DNA of 55,049 nucleotides from Mayamaea pseudoterrestris (taxonomy: Eukaryota): positions 248,001 through 303,049 of the forward strand of contig BROI01000030.1 of assembly GCA_027923505.1 (NCBI GenBank), in the 5' to 3' direction. Shown piece by piece: positions 1 to 11,996 of this stretch. Positions within the stretch are counted from its first letter, which is position 1. Every line of letters begins with the position of its first letter. The notes beneath the pieces were generated by a model that ran no database searches, was not told the origin of the DNA, and saw only the letters and a program-made list of their open reading frames with translations. Made by a program: the position numbers and the translations under genes.

Positions 1-3000
1 AATAAGATGTTGGCACCATTCTGGTGTAATTTTGGGCACCTACAGGGCTTGCTGTAGTGTGTCTGAATGTCATGGCATCTGCGGGCTGGAGACTGGTGAC
101 AAGTTGTCCCAAATACACGTTCATCCTGTTAGACACCAGCCAAGGCCTCACCATCTTGTAGCGCATCCTGAAAAATGATGTTGGCACCACTCTGGTGCAA
201 TTTTGGGCATCTACGGGCTTGGGCGTTTATGTCCTACGTCTACGCGGATCTGGCTGAGACCTGGTGACAAGTTGTCACCAAATACATTCTGCCATCCCCT
301 GAGACACCAGCCAAGCTTACCATCTTGTCACGCAGCCTGACTAATGTGGCACCATTCTGGTGTAATTTGGGCTCCTACCGGGCCTGCTGTAGTGTGTCTG
401 AATCGGCAGCTCTCGGGCTGAGACTGGTGACACAAACAACACATTCACATCCCTGAGCCAAGCCAGCTACCATCTTGTAGCGCAGCCTGAATAATAGATG
501 GTTGGCACCATTCTGGTGTCATTTGGGCACCCCACAGGGCTTTGCTGTAGGGTGTCTGAATGCAGCATCTGCCGGGTTAGACTGGTGACAAGATGTCACC
601 AAATAAATTTCCATCCCCTGTGACACCAGCCAAGCCTACCATCTTGTAGCGCAGTCTGAATAATGATGTTGGCACCATTCTGGTGTAATATGGGCACCTA
701 CAGGGTTTGCTGTAGGGCGTCTGAATGTTCGGCATCTGCGAGGATGAGACTGGTGACAAGTTGTCACCAAGATACATTGCCATCCCCTGGAGACACCAGC
801 CAAGCCTACCATCTTGTAGCGCAGTCTGAATAATGATGTGTGGCACCATTCGTGGGGTATTTTGGGCACCTACAGGGCTTGCTGTAGGGGGTTTGAATGT
901 CACGGCATCTGCCGGCTTGAGACTGGTGACAAGTTGTCACCAAACCATACATTGCCACTCCTGAGACACCAGCCAAGCTCTACCATCTTGTAGCGCAGCC
1001 GGATAATGATGTTGGCACCATTCTGGTGTATTTTTGGGCACCTAAGGGCTTGCTGTAGGGGCGTTTGAATGTCACGGCATCTGGTGGACGAGACTGGTGA
1101 CAGAAGTTGTCACCAAATACATTGCCATCCCCTGAGACACAGCCAACGCCCACCCTGTAGCGCAGCCTGAATAAGATGTTGGCACCATTCTGGTGTATTG
1201 ACTCTACAGGGGCCTGTAGGTTCTGAATGGGCATGGGACTGGTGACAAGTTGTCACCAATATCCGGGACCGCCAAGTCACCATCTTGTAGCGCAGCCTGA
1301 TGTTGGCACCATCTTGATCCTACCGGCCTGCTGTAGGGTCGAGCATCTGCGGGCTAGGAGACTGGTGACAAGTTGTCACCGCAAATACATTGCCATCCAC
1401 CTGAGACACCTACCACTTGTAGCGCAGCCTGAATAAATGGTTGGCCCCCCATATTGGGCACCCTACAGGCTTGCTGTAGGGTGTCTGGTGTGAAAGCAAT
1501 TCGGCTGAGACTGGTGACAATGTCACCAAACCATTGCCATCCCCTGAGACACCAGCCAAGCTTAACATTGTCTTGTAGCGAAGCAGCCTGAAAAATGATG
1601 TTGGCACCATTCTGTGTGATTTGGCACCTACAGGGCCTGCTGTAGGGGCGTTTGAATGTCATGGCATCTGCGGGCTGAGACTGGTGACAAGTTGTCACCA
1701 AATACATTGCCATCCCCTGAGACACCAGCCAAGCTTACCATCTTGTAGCGCATCCTCAAAAATGATGTTGGCACCGTTCTGGTTTAATTTGGGCACCTAC
1801 AGGGCTTGCTGTAGGGGCGTTTGAATGTCATGGCATCTGCGGGCTGAGACTGGTGACAAGTTGTCACCAAATACATTGCCATCCCCTGAGACAGCAGCCA
1901 AGCCTACCATTTTGTATCGCAGCCTGAAAAATGATTTTGGCACCATTCTGGTGTATGCTGGGCACCTACAGGGCTGCTGAAGGGGCGTTTGAATGTCATG
2001 GCATCTGCAGGCTGAGACTGGTGACAAGTTGTCACCAAATACATTGCCATCCCCTGAGACACCAGCCAAGCCTACCATCTTGTAGTGCAGCCTGAATAAT
2101 GATGTTGGCACCATTCTGGTGTATTTTGGGCACCTACTGGGCTTGCTGTAGGTGTGTCTGAATGTCATAGCATCTGCAGGCTGAGACTGGTGACAAGTTG
2201 TCACAAATACATTGCCATCCCCTGAGACACCAGCCAAGCCTACCATCTTGTAGTGCAGCCTGAATAATGATGTTGGCACCATTCTGGTGTAATTTGGGCT
2301 CCTACCGGGCCTGCTGTAGGTGTGTCTGAATATCACGGCATCTGCAGGCTGAGACTGGTGACAAGTTGTCACCAAATACATTGCCATCCCCTGAGACACC
2401 AGCCAAGCCTACCATCTTGTAGCGCAGCCTGAATAATGATGTTGGCACCATTCTGGTGTAATTTGGGCACCTACCGGGCTTGCTGTAGGTGTATCTGATA
2501 GTCATGGCATCTGCAGGCTGAGACTGGTGACAAGTTGTCACCAAATACATTGCCATCCCCTGTGACACCAGCCAAGCTTACCATCTTGTAGCGCATCCTC
2601 AAAAATGATGTTGGCACCGTTCTGGTTTAATTTGGGCAACTATCGGGCTTGCTGTAGGGGCGTTTGAATGTCACTGCATCTGTAGGCTGAGACTGGTGAC
2701 AAGTTGTCACCAAATACATTGCCATCCCCTGAGACACCAGCCAAACCTACCATCTTGTAGTGCAGCCTGAATAATGATGTTGGCACCATTCTGGTGTATT
2801 TTGGGCACCTACAGGGCTTGCGAGGGGGCGTTTGAACCACGGCATCTGCGGGGCTGAGACGGTGACAAGTTGTCACCAAATACATTGCCATCCCTGAGAC
2901 ACCAGCCAAGCCTATAACCAATTAATTTGGCACCTATAGGGCCTTGTAGTGGGTCGGCATGCGAGCGAGACGGTGACAAGTTGTCACCAAACACATTGCC

Positions 3001-6000
3001 ATCCCCTGAGACACCAGCCAAGCCTACCATCTTGTAGCGCAGCCTGAATAATGATGTTGGCACCATTCTGGTGTATTTTGGGCACCTACTGGGCTTGCTG
3101 TAGGTGTGTCTGAATGTCATAGCATCTGCAGGCTGAGACTGGTGACAAGTTGTCACCAAATACATTGCCATCCCCTGTGACACCAGCCAAGCTTACCGAC
3201 TTGTAGCGCACCCTCAAAAATGATGTTGGCACCGTTCTGGTTTAATTTGGGCACCTACAGGGCTTGCTGTAGGGGCGTTTGAATGTCACGGCATCTGCGG
3301 GCTGAGACTGGTGACAAGTTGTCACCAAATACATTGCCATCCCCTGAGACACCAGCCAAGCCTACCATCTTGTAGCGCAGCCTGAATAATGATGTTGGCA
3401 CCATTCTGGTGTAATTTGGGCACCTACCGGGCTTGCTGTAGGTGTGTCTGATAGTCATGGCATCTGCAGGCTGAGACTGGTGACAAGTTGTCACCAAATA
3501 CATTGCCATCCCCTGTGACACCAGCCAAGCTTACCATCTTGTAGCGCATCCTGAATAATGATGTTGGCACCATTCTGGTGTAATTTGGGCACCTGCAGGG
3601 CCTGCTGTAGGAGGGTTTGAATGTCACGGCATCTGCAGGCTGAGACTGGTGACAAGTTGTCACCAAATACATTGCCCATCCCCTGAGACACCAGCCATGC
3701 CTACCATCTTGTAGCACAGCCCGAATAATGATAATTGGCACCATTCTGGTGTATTTTGGGCACCTACAGGGCTAGCTGTAGGGGCGTTTGAATGTCTCGG
3801 CATCTGCGGGCTGAGACTGGTGACAAGTTGTCACCAAATACATTGCCATCCCCTGAGACACCATCCAAGCCTACCATCTTGTAGCGCAGCCTGAAAAATG
3901 ATGTTGGCACCATTCTGGTGTAATTTGGGCACCTACAGGTCTTGCTGTAGGTGTGTCTGAATGTCATGGCATCTGCAGGCTGAGACTGGTGACAAGTTGT
4001 CACCAAATACATTGCCATCCCCTGAGACACCAGCCAAGCCTACCATCTTGTAGCGCAGCCTGAATAATGATGTTGGCACCATTCTGGTGTATTTTGGGTA
4101 CCTACAGGGCATGTTGTAGGGGCTTTTGAATTACACGGCATCTGCGGGCTGAGACTGGTGACAAGTTGTCACCAAATACATTGCCATCCCCTGAGACACC
4201 TGCCAAGCCTACCATCTTGTAGCGCAGCCTGAATAATGATGTTGGCACCATTCTGGTGTAAATTGGGCACCTACAGGGCTTGCTGTAGGGGCATTTATAT
4301 GTCACGGCCTCTGCGGGCTGAGACTGGTGACAAGTTGTCACCAAATACATTGCCATCCCCTGAGACACCAGCCAAGCCTACCATCTTGTAGCGCAGCCTG
4401 AATAATGATGTTGGCACCATTCTGGTGTATTTTGGGCACCTACAGGGCTTGCTGTAGGGGCGTTTGAATGTCACGGCATCTGCGGGCTGAGACTGGTGAC
4501 AAGTTGTCACCAAATACATTGCCATCCCCTGAGACACCAGCCAAGCCTACCATCTTGTAGCGCAGCCTGAATAATGATTTTGGCACCATTCTGGTGTATG
4601 TTGGGCACCTACAGGTCTTGCTGTAGGGGCGTTTGAATGTCTCGGCATCTGCGGGCTGAGACTGGTGACAAGTTGTCACCAAATACATTGCCATCCCCTG
4701 AGACACCAGCCAAGCCTACCATCTTGTAGCGCAGCCTGAAAAATGATGTTGGCACCATTCTGGTGTATGTTGGGTACCTACAGGGCATGTTGTAGGGGCG
4801 TTTGAATGTCTCGGCATCTGCGGGCTGAGACTGGTGACAAGTTGTCACCAAATACATTGCCATCCCCTGAGACACCAGCCAAGCCTACCATCTTGTAGCG
4901 CAGCCTGAATTATGATGTTGGCACCTTTCTGGTGTAATTTGGGCACCTACAGGGCTTGCTGTAGGGGCGTTTGAATGTCATGGCATCTGCGGGCTGAGAC
5001 TGGTGACAAGTTGTCACCAAATACATTGCCATCCCCTGAGACACCAGCCAAGCCTACCATCTCGTAGCGCAGCCTGAATAATGATGTTGGCACCATTCTG
5101 GTGTATGTTGGGCACCTACAGGGCTTGCTGTAGGGGCGTTTGAATGTCACGGCATCTGCGGGCTGAGACTGGTGACAAGTTGTCACCAAATACATTGCCA
5201 TCCCCTGAGACAGAAGCCAAGCCTACCATCTTGTAGCGCAGCCTGAATAATGATGTTGGCACCATTCTGGTGTATTTTGGGCACCTACAGGGCTTGCTGA
5301 AGGGGCATTTGAATGTCACGGCATCTGCGGGCTGAGACTGGTGACAAGTTGTCACCAAATACATTGCCATCCCCTGAGACAGAATTCAAGCCTACCATGT
5401 TGTATCGCAGCCTGAATAATGATGTTGGCACCATTCTGGTGTATTTTGGGCACCTACAGGGCTTGCTGTAGGGGCGTTTGAATGTCACGGCATCTGCGGG
5501 CTGAGACTGGTGACAAGTTGTCACCAAATACATTGACATCCCCTGAGACAGAAGCCAAGCCTACCATCTTGTAGTGCAGCCTGAATAATGATGTTGGCAC
5601 CATTCTGGTGTATTTTGGGCACCTACAGGGCTTGCTGTAGGGGCGTTTGAATGTCTCGGCATCTGCCGGGAGCTGAGACTGGTGACAAGTTGTCACCAAA
5701 TACATTGCCATCCCTGAGACACCAGCCAAGCCTACCATCTTGTAGCGCAGCCTGAATAATGATGTTGGCACCATTCTGGTGTATTTTGGGCACCTACAGG
5801 GCTTGCTGTAGGGGCGTTTGAATGTCACGGCATCTGCGGGGCTGAGACTGGTGACAAGTTGTCACCAAATACATTGCCATCCCCTGAGACACCAGCCAAG
5901 CCTGCCATCTTGTAGCGCAGCCTAAATAATGATGTTGGCACCATTCTGGTGTATTTGGGCACCTACAGGGCTTGCTGTAGGGGCGCTTGAATGTCCCGGC

Positions 6001-9000
6001 ATCTGTGGGCTGAGACTGGTGACAAGTTGTCACCAAATACATTGCCATCCCCTGAGACACCAGCAATCTCGAGCGCAGCCGAATAATGATGTTGGCACCA
6101 TTCTTTTTGGGCCCCTAGGGCCCGCTGGGCGTTTGAAGTCAGCATGAGAGGATAAGTTGTCACCAAATACATTGCCACCCCGAGACACCAGCCAAGACCT
6201 CTTGTAGCGCAGCCGAAAATGATGGTGGCACCATTCTGGTGTATTTGGCACCTACAGGGCTTGCTGTAGGGGCGTTTGAATGTCACGGCATCTGCGGGCT
6301 GAGACTGGTGACAAGTTGTCACCAAACACATTGCCATCCCCTGAGACACCAGCCAAGCCTACCATCTTGTAGCGCAGCCTGAATAATGATGTTGGCACCA
6401 TTCTGGTGTATTTTGGGCACCTACAGGGCTTGCTGTTGGGAGTTTGAATGTCACGGCATCAGCAGGCTGAGACTGGTGACAAGTTGTCACCAAATACATT
6501 GCCATCCCCTGAGACACCAGCCAAGCCTACCATCTTGTAGCGCAGCCTGAATAATGATGTTGGCACCATTCTGGTGTATTTTGGGCACCTACAGGGCTTG
6601 CTGTAGGGGCGTTTGAATGTCACGGCATCTGCGGGCTGAGACTGGTGACAAGTTGTCACCAAATACATTGCCATCCCCTGAGACACCAGCCAAGCTACCA
6701 TCTTGTAGCGCAGCCTGAATAATGTTGGCACCATTCTGGTGTATTTTGGGCACCTACAGGGCTTGCTGTAGGGGCGTTTGAATGTCTCGGCATCTGCGGG
6801 CTGAGACTGGTGACAAGTTGTCACCAAATACATTGCCATCCCCTGAGACAGCAGCCAAGCCTACCATCTTGTAGCGCAGCCTGAAAAAAGATGTTGGCAC
6901 CATTCTGGTGTATGTTGGGTACCTACAGGGCATGTTGTAGGGGCGTTTGAATGTCACGCATTGGGCTGAGACTGGTGACAAGTTGTCACCAAATACATTG
7001 CCATCCCCTGAGACACCAGCCAAGCCTGCCATCTTGTAGCGCAGCCTGAATAATGATGTTGGCACCATTCTGGTGTATTTTGGGCACCTACAGGGCTTGC
7101 TGTAGGGGCGTTTGAATGTCACGGCATCTGCGGGCTGAGACTGGTGACAAGTTGTCACCAAATACATTGCCATCCCCTGAGACACCAGCCAAGCCTACCA
7201 TCTTGTAGCGCAGCCTGAATAATGATGTTGGCACCATTCTGGTGTATTTTGGGCACCTACAGGGCTTGCTGTAGGGGCGTTTGAATGTCACGGCATCTGC
7301 GGGCTGAGACTGGTGACAAGTTGTCACCAAATACATTGCCATCCCCTGAGACACCAGCCAAGCCTACCATCTTGTAGCGCAGCCTGAATAATGATGTTGG
7401 CACCATTCTGGTGTATTTTGGGCACCTACAGGGCTTGCTGTAGGGGCGTTTGAATGTCACGGCATCTGCGGGCTGAGACTGGTGACAAGTTGTCACCAAA
7501 TACATTGCCATCCCCTGAGACACCAGCCAAGCCCTACCATCGCAGCGCAGCCTCGAAAAATGATGTTGGCACCATTCTGGTGTATTTGGGGCACCTACAG
7601 GGCTTGCTGTAGGGCATTTGAATGTCACGGGCATCTGGGGGCTGAGACTGGTGACAAGTTGTCACCAAATTCATTGCCATCCCCCGAGACACCAGCCAAG
7701 CCTACCATCTTGTAGCGCAGCCTGAACCAATGATGTTGGCACCATTCTGGTGTATTTTGGGCACCTACAGGGCTTGCTGTAGGGGGCGTTTGAATGTCAC
7801 GGCATCTGGGGGCTGAGACTGGTGACAAGTTGTCACCAAATACATTGCCATCCCCTGAGACACCAGCCAAGCCTACCATCTTGTAGCGCAGCCTGAATAA
7901 ATGAGTTGGCACCATTCTGGTGTATTTTTGGGCACCTACAGGGCTTGCTGTAGGGGCGTTTGAATGTCACGGCATCTGCGGGCTGAGACTGGTGACAAGT
8001 TGTCACCAAAACACATTGCCATCCCCTGAGACACCAGCCAAGCCTGCCATCTTGTAGCGCAGCCTGAATAATGATTTTGGCACCATTCTGGTGTATGTTG
8101 GGCACCTACAGGGCTTGCTGTAGGGTCGGTTGAATGTCACGGCATCGCGGGCTGAGACTGGTGACAAGTTGTCACCAAATACATTGCCCCCCTGAGACAC
8201 CAGCCAAGCCTACCATCTTGTAGCGCAGCCTGAAAAATGATGTTGGCACCATTCTGGTATTTGGGCACCTACAGGGCTTGTTGTAGGGCGTTTGAATGTC
8301 TCGGCATTCGTGGGCTGAGACTGGTGACAAGTTGTCACCAAATACATTGCCATCCCCTGAGACACCAGTCACCAAGCCTACCATCTTGTAGCGCAGCCTG
8401 AATAATGATGGGCACCATTCTGGTGTATTTGGGACCGCAGGGCCTGCTGAGGGCGTTTGAATGTCACGGCATCGGGCTGAGACTGGTGACAAGTTGTCAC
8501 CAAATACATTGCCATCCCTGAGACACCAGCCGAGCCTACCATCTTTTAGCGCAGCGGGAATAATGATGTTGGCACCATTCTGGTGTAAATTGGGCACCTA
8601 CAGGGCCTGATGTAGGCTGTTTAAATGTCATGGCATCTGCAGGCTGAGACTGGTGACAAGTTGTCACCAAATACATTGCCATCCCTGAGACACCAGCTAA
8701 CCTACCATCTTGTGCGCAGCCTGAATAATGATGTTGGCACCATTTTGGTGTATTTTGGGCACCTACAGGGCTTGCTGTAGGGGCGTTTGAATGTCCCGGC
8801 ATCTGCGGCTGAGACTGGTGACAAGTTGTCACCAAATACATTGCCATCCCCTGAGACACCAGCCAAGCCTACCATCTTGTAGCGCAGCCTGAAAAATGAT
8901 GTTGGCACCATTCTGGTGTATTTTGGGCACCTACAGGGCTCTGTTGGGGGCGTTGAATGTCACAGCATCGGGGCTGAGACTGGTGACAAGTTGTCACCAA

Positions 9001-10900
9001 ATATCACTCCACCCGAGACACCAGCTCAAGCTACCATCTTGTAGCGCAGCCTGAATAATGATGTTGGCACCATTCTGGTGTAAATTTGGGCACCTACAGG
9101 GCTTGTTGTAGGGCCGTTTGAATGTCACAGCTGCTGAGACTGGTGACAAGTTGTCACCAAATACATTGCCATCCCCTGAGACACCAGCCAAGCTCTACCA
9201 TCTTGTAACGCAGCCTGAATAATGATGTTGGCACCATTCTGGTGTATTTGCACCACAGGGCTTGCTGTAGGGGTGTTTGAAATGTCACGGCATCTGTGGC
9301 TGAGACTGGTGACAAGTTGTCACCAAATCATTGCCATCCCCGAGACACCAGCCAAGCCTACCATCTTGTAGCGCAGCCGGAATAATGATGTTGGCACCAT
9401 GCTGGTATATTTTGGGCTACCTACAGGGCTTGCAGGAGCGTTTGAATGTCACGGCATCTGCGGGCTGAGACTGGTGACAAGTTGTCACCAAATACATTGC
9501 CATCCCCTAGACACCAGCCAACTACCATCTTGTAGCGCAGCTGAAAAGTGATGTTGGCACCATTCTGGTGTATTTTGGGCACCTACCAGGATTGCTGAAG
9601 GGGCGTTTGAATGTCACGGCATCGGCGGCTGAGACTGGTGACAAGTTGTCACCAAATACATTACCATCCCCTGAGACACCAGCCAAGCCTGCCATCTTGT
9701 AGTGCAGCCTGAATAATGATTTTGGCACCATTCTGGTGTATTTGGGCACTACAGGGCTTGTAGGGGCATTTGAATGTCAAGAGCATCTGCGGCTGAGACT
9801 GGTGACAAGTTGTCACCAAATACATTGCCATCCCCTGAGACATCAGCAAAACCATCTTGGCAGCGCAGCCTGAATAAGATGTTGGCACCATTTCGGTAAT
9901 TTTGGACAGGGCGTTGCTGGGGTTTGTCTGTCCAGGCGCATCTGGGCTGAGACTGGTGACAAGTGTCGCGAAACCAAATAATTGCTTCGTTGAGACACAG
10001 CCCAGATACCATGTAGCGCAGCCTCTGGAAATAATGATGTTGGCACCATTCTGGTGTAATTTGGGCACACCTACAGGGCTTGCTGTAGGTTTTATTGTCG
10101 CTGGCTGAATGTCAAGACTGGCTGAGACCTGCTCGCTTCGAATGACACCTTTTGGGCTTGCTGGCAAGGGGCGTTGTCACGCTTGTACCAAATACATTGC
10201 CATCCCCTGAGACACCAGCCAGAAGCCTACCATCCTTAGCGCAGCCTGAATAATGATTTTGGCACCATTCTGGTGTATTTGGACCCCCTACAGGGCTTGT
10301 TGTAGGGCGTTTGAATGTTGCACGTGCGCTGCTGAGACTGGGATGTCTCACCAATTGCCATCCCCTGAACACCAGCCAAGCCTGCCATCTTGTAGCCTGT
10401 GTTGTATTGGCAATCGCTGAATCGCCGTTGACCATCTCCGGCATAAATCTTGCAGCTGTATTGTTCTGATTTATCTACAGGGCTTGCTGTAGGGAACTTT
10501 GCATCTGCGGGCTGAGACTGGTGACAAGTTGTCACCAAATACATTGCCATCCCCTGAGACACCAGCCAAGCCTACTATCTTTAGCGCAGCTTGAACAATG
10601 AGTTGACACCATTTGAGTGTGTAATTTGAGCACCTACAGGGCTGTTGTAGGTGTGTCTGAGTCATGGCAGCTGCTGGCTGAGACGCGACAAAGATGTTAT
10701 TGCCATCCCCTGAGACACCAGCCAAGCCTAGATCTTGTAGCAGCTTAACATGATGTTGGTTCTGGTATTTTGGGCAACTCACCGGGCTGCTGTAGGGTTT
10801 GAATGTCATGGCATCGGGAGAGGTGACAAGTTGTCACCAGATACATTGCCATCTCCTGAGACACCAGCCAAGCTACCATCTAGAAGACATCTTCCGGGTT
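1..10900 (+). repeat. Satellite A, subfamily A1: tandem 169-bp monomers (~64 copies); orientation arbitrarily called +
   Basis: The unit tgttggcaccattctggtgtattttgggcacctacagggcttgctgtaggggcgtttgaatgtcacggcatctgcgggctgagactggtgacaagttgtcaccaaatacattgccatcccctgagacaccagccaagcctaccatcttgtagcgcagcctgaataatga repeats head-to-tail. The 169-bp period is confirmed by equivalent ORF starts at 4368, 4537, 4706 and 4875. Mostly clean ~1,700-7,500, indel-noisy at both ends. Confidence 0.98.
4494..4512. other. 19-bp dyad TGGTGACAA-G-TTGTCACCA (example copy; one per satellite A monomer)
   Basis: Perfect 9-bp inverted arms around a 1-nt centre, read directly. Retained in A1, A2 and A3. Confidence 0.95.
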
Positions 10901-11996
10901 GAGACTGGTGACAGAGTTGTAGCCAAATACAGTACCAGTCTACTGAGACACCAACCAAACGTAATACCATCATGGCGCAGCCTCAATAATGATTTGGCAC
11001 CATTCTGAATTGTATTTTGGTTGTAGACATGGCTTGCTGTGGGGGCGTTTGAGACCAAGGCATCGCCGGGCTGAGACTGGTGACAAGTTGTCACCAAATC
11101 CATTGCAGTCTACTGTCACCAACAACATCGGGCCATTCAGAATGTGTTGTCCGACCATGGGGGCAGACCATGGCTGTGCTGTAGGAGCCATTTGAATGTC
11201 AAGGCATTTCCCGGAGTTGAGACTAGTGACAGAATTTGTCACCAAATACGTACAGTCTACTGAGACATCAACCAAGCATACCATCATGTAGCGCAGCCTC
11301 AATAATGATGTTGGCAACATTGTGGTGTATTTTGGGTGTAGACATGGCTGGCTGTAGGGGTGTTTGAATGTCATGGCATCAGCGGGTTGAGATTGGTGAC
11401 AAGTTGTCACCAAGTACATATCAGTCTACTGAAACACCAGCCAGGCATACGGTTTTGTAGCGCAGCCTTAATAATGATGTTGGCACCATTCTGGTGTAAT
11501 TTGGATGTAGACATGGCTTGCTGTAGAGCCATTTGAATGTCAAGGCATTCCTGGGTTGAGACTGGTGACAAGTTGTATAAATGCAATGCAGTCTACTGAG
11601 ACATAATAAACATACCATCATGTAACGGCTCTCAGTAATGATAGTTGGCACCATTCTGGTGTATTTTGGTTGTAGACATGGCTTGCTGTAGGGGCGTTTG
11701 AATGTCATGGCATCAGCGGGTTGAGATTGGTGACAAGTTGTCACCAAATACATTGCAGTCTACTGAGACACCAGCCAGGCATATGTTTTTGTAGCGCAGC
11801 TTAAACAATGATGTTGGCACCATTCTGTTGTAATTTGGATGTAGGCATGACTTGCTGTAGAGCCATTTGAATGTCAAGGCATTCCCAGGTTGAGACTGGT
11901 GACAAGTTGTCACCGTACGTACAGTCTACTGAGAGATACCAATCAAACCAGCGTACCATCGTATGAGCGCAGCCTGGGATGAAGTTGGCACCATTC
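10901..11996 (+). repeat. Satellite A, diverged subfamily A3 (~6 monomers, alternating two-monomer pattern of ~338 bp)
   Basis: Same backbone and tggtgacaagttgtcacca dyad, but with recurrent diagnostic words absent from A1/A2: cagtctactgaga, gtagacatggc, gagccatttgaatgtcaaggcatt, catcagcgggttgagattgg. Start boundary is approximate. Confidence 0.85.

Noticed and set aside
1740..3600. Possible 5-6-mer higher-order repeat in A1 (markers catcctcaaaaa, ctactggg, ctgatagtca)
   Set aside because: The markers recur but with inconsistent spacing (5 then 4 monomers for one, 6 for others) across a deleted noisy segment, so there is no stable period.
10395..10475. Apparently unique stretches here and at ~10,090-10,190, ~30,995-31,025 and ~39,380-39,530
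   Set aside because: They are short, lie in or at the edge of noisy zones, roughly preserve monomer spacing and show no element ends or coding motifs. Best explained as garbled monomers.
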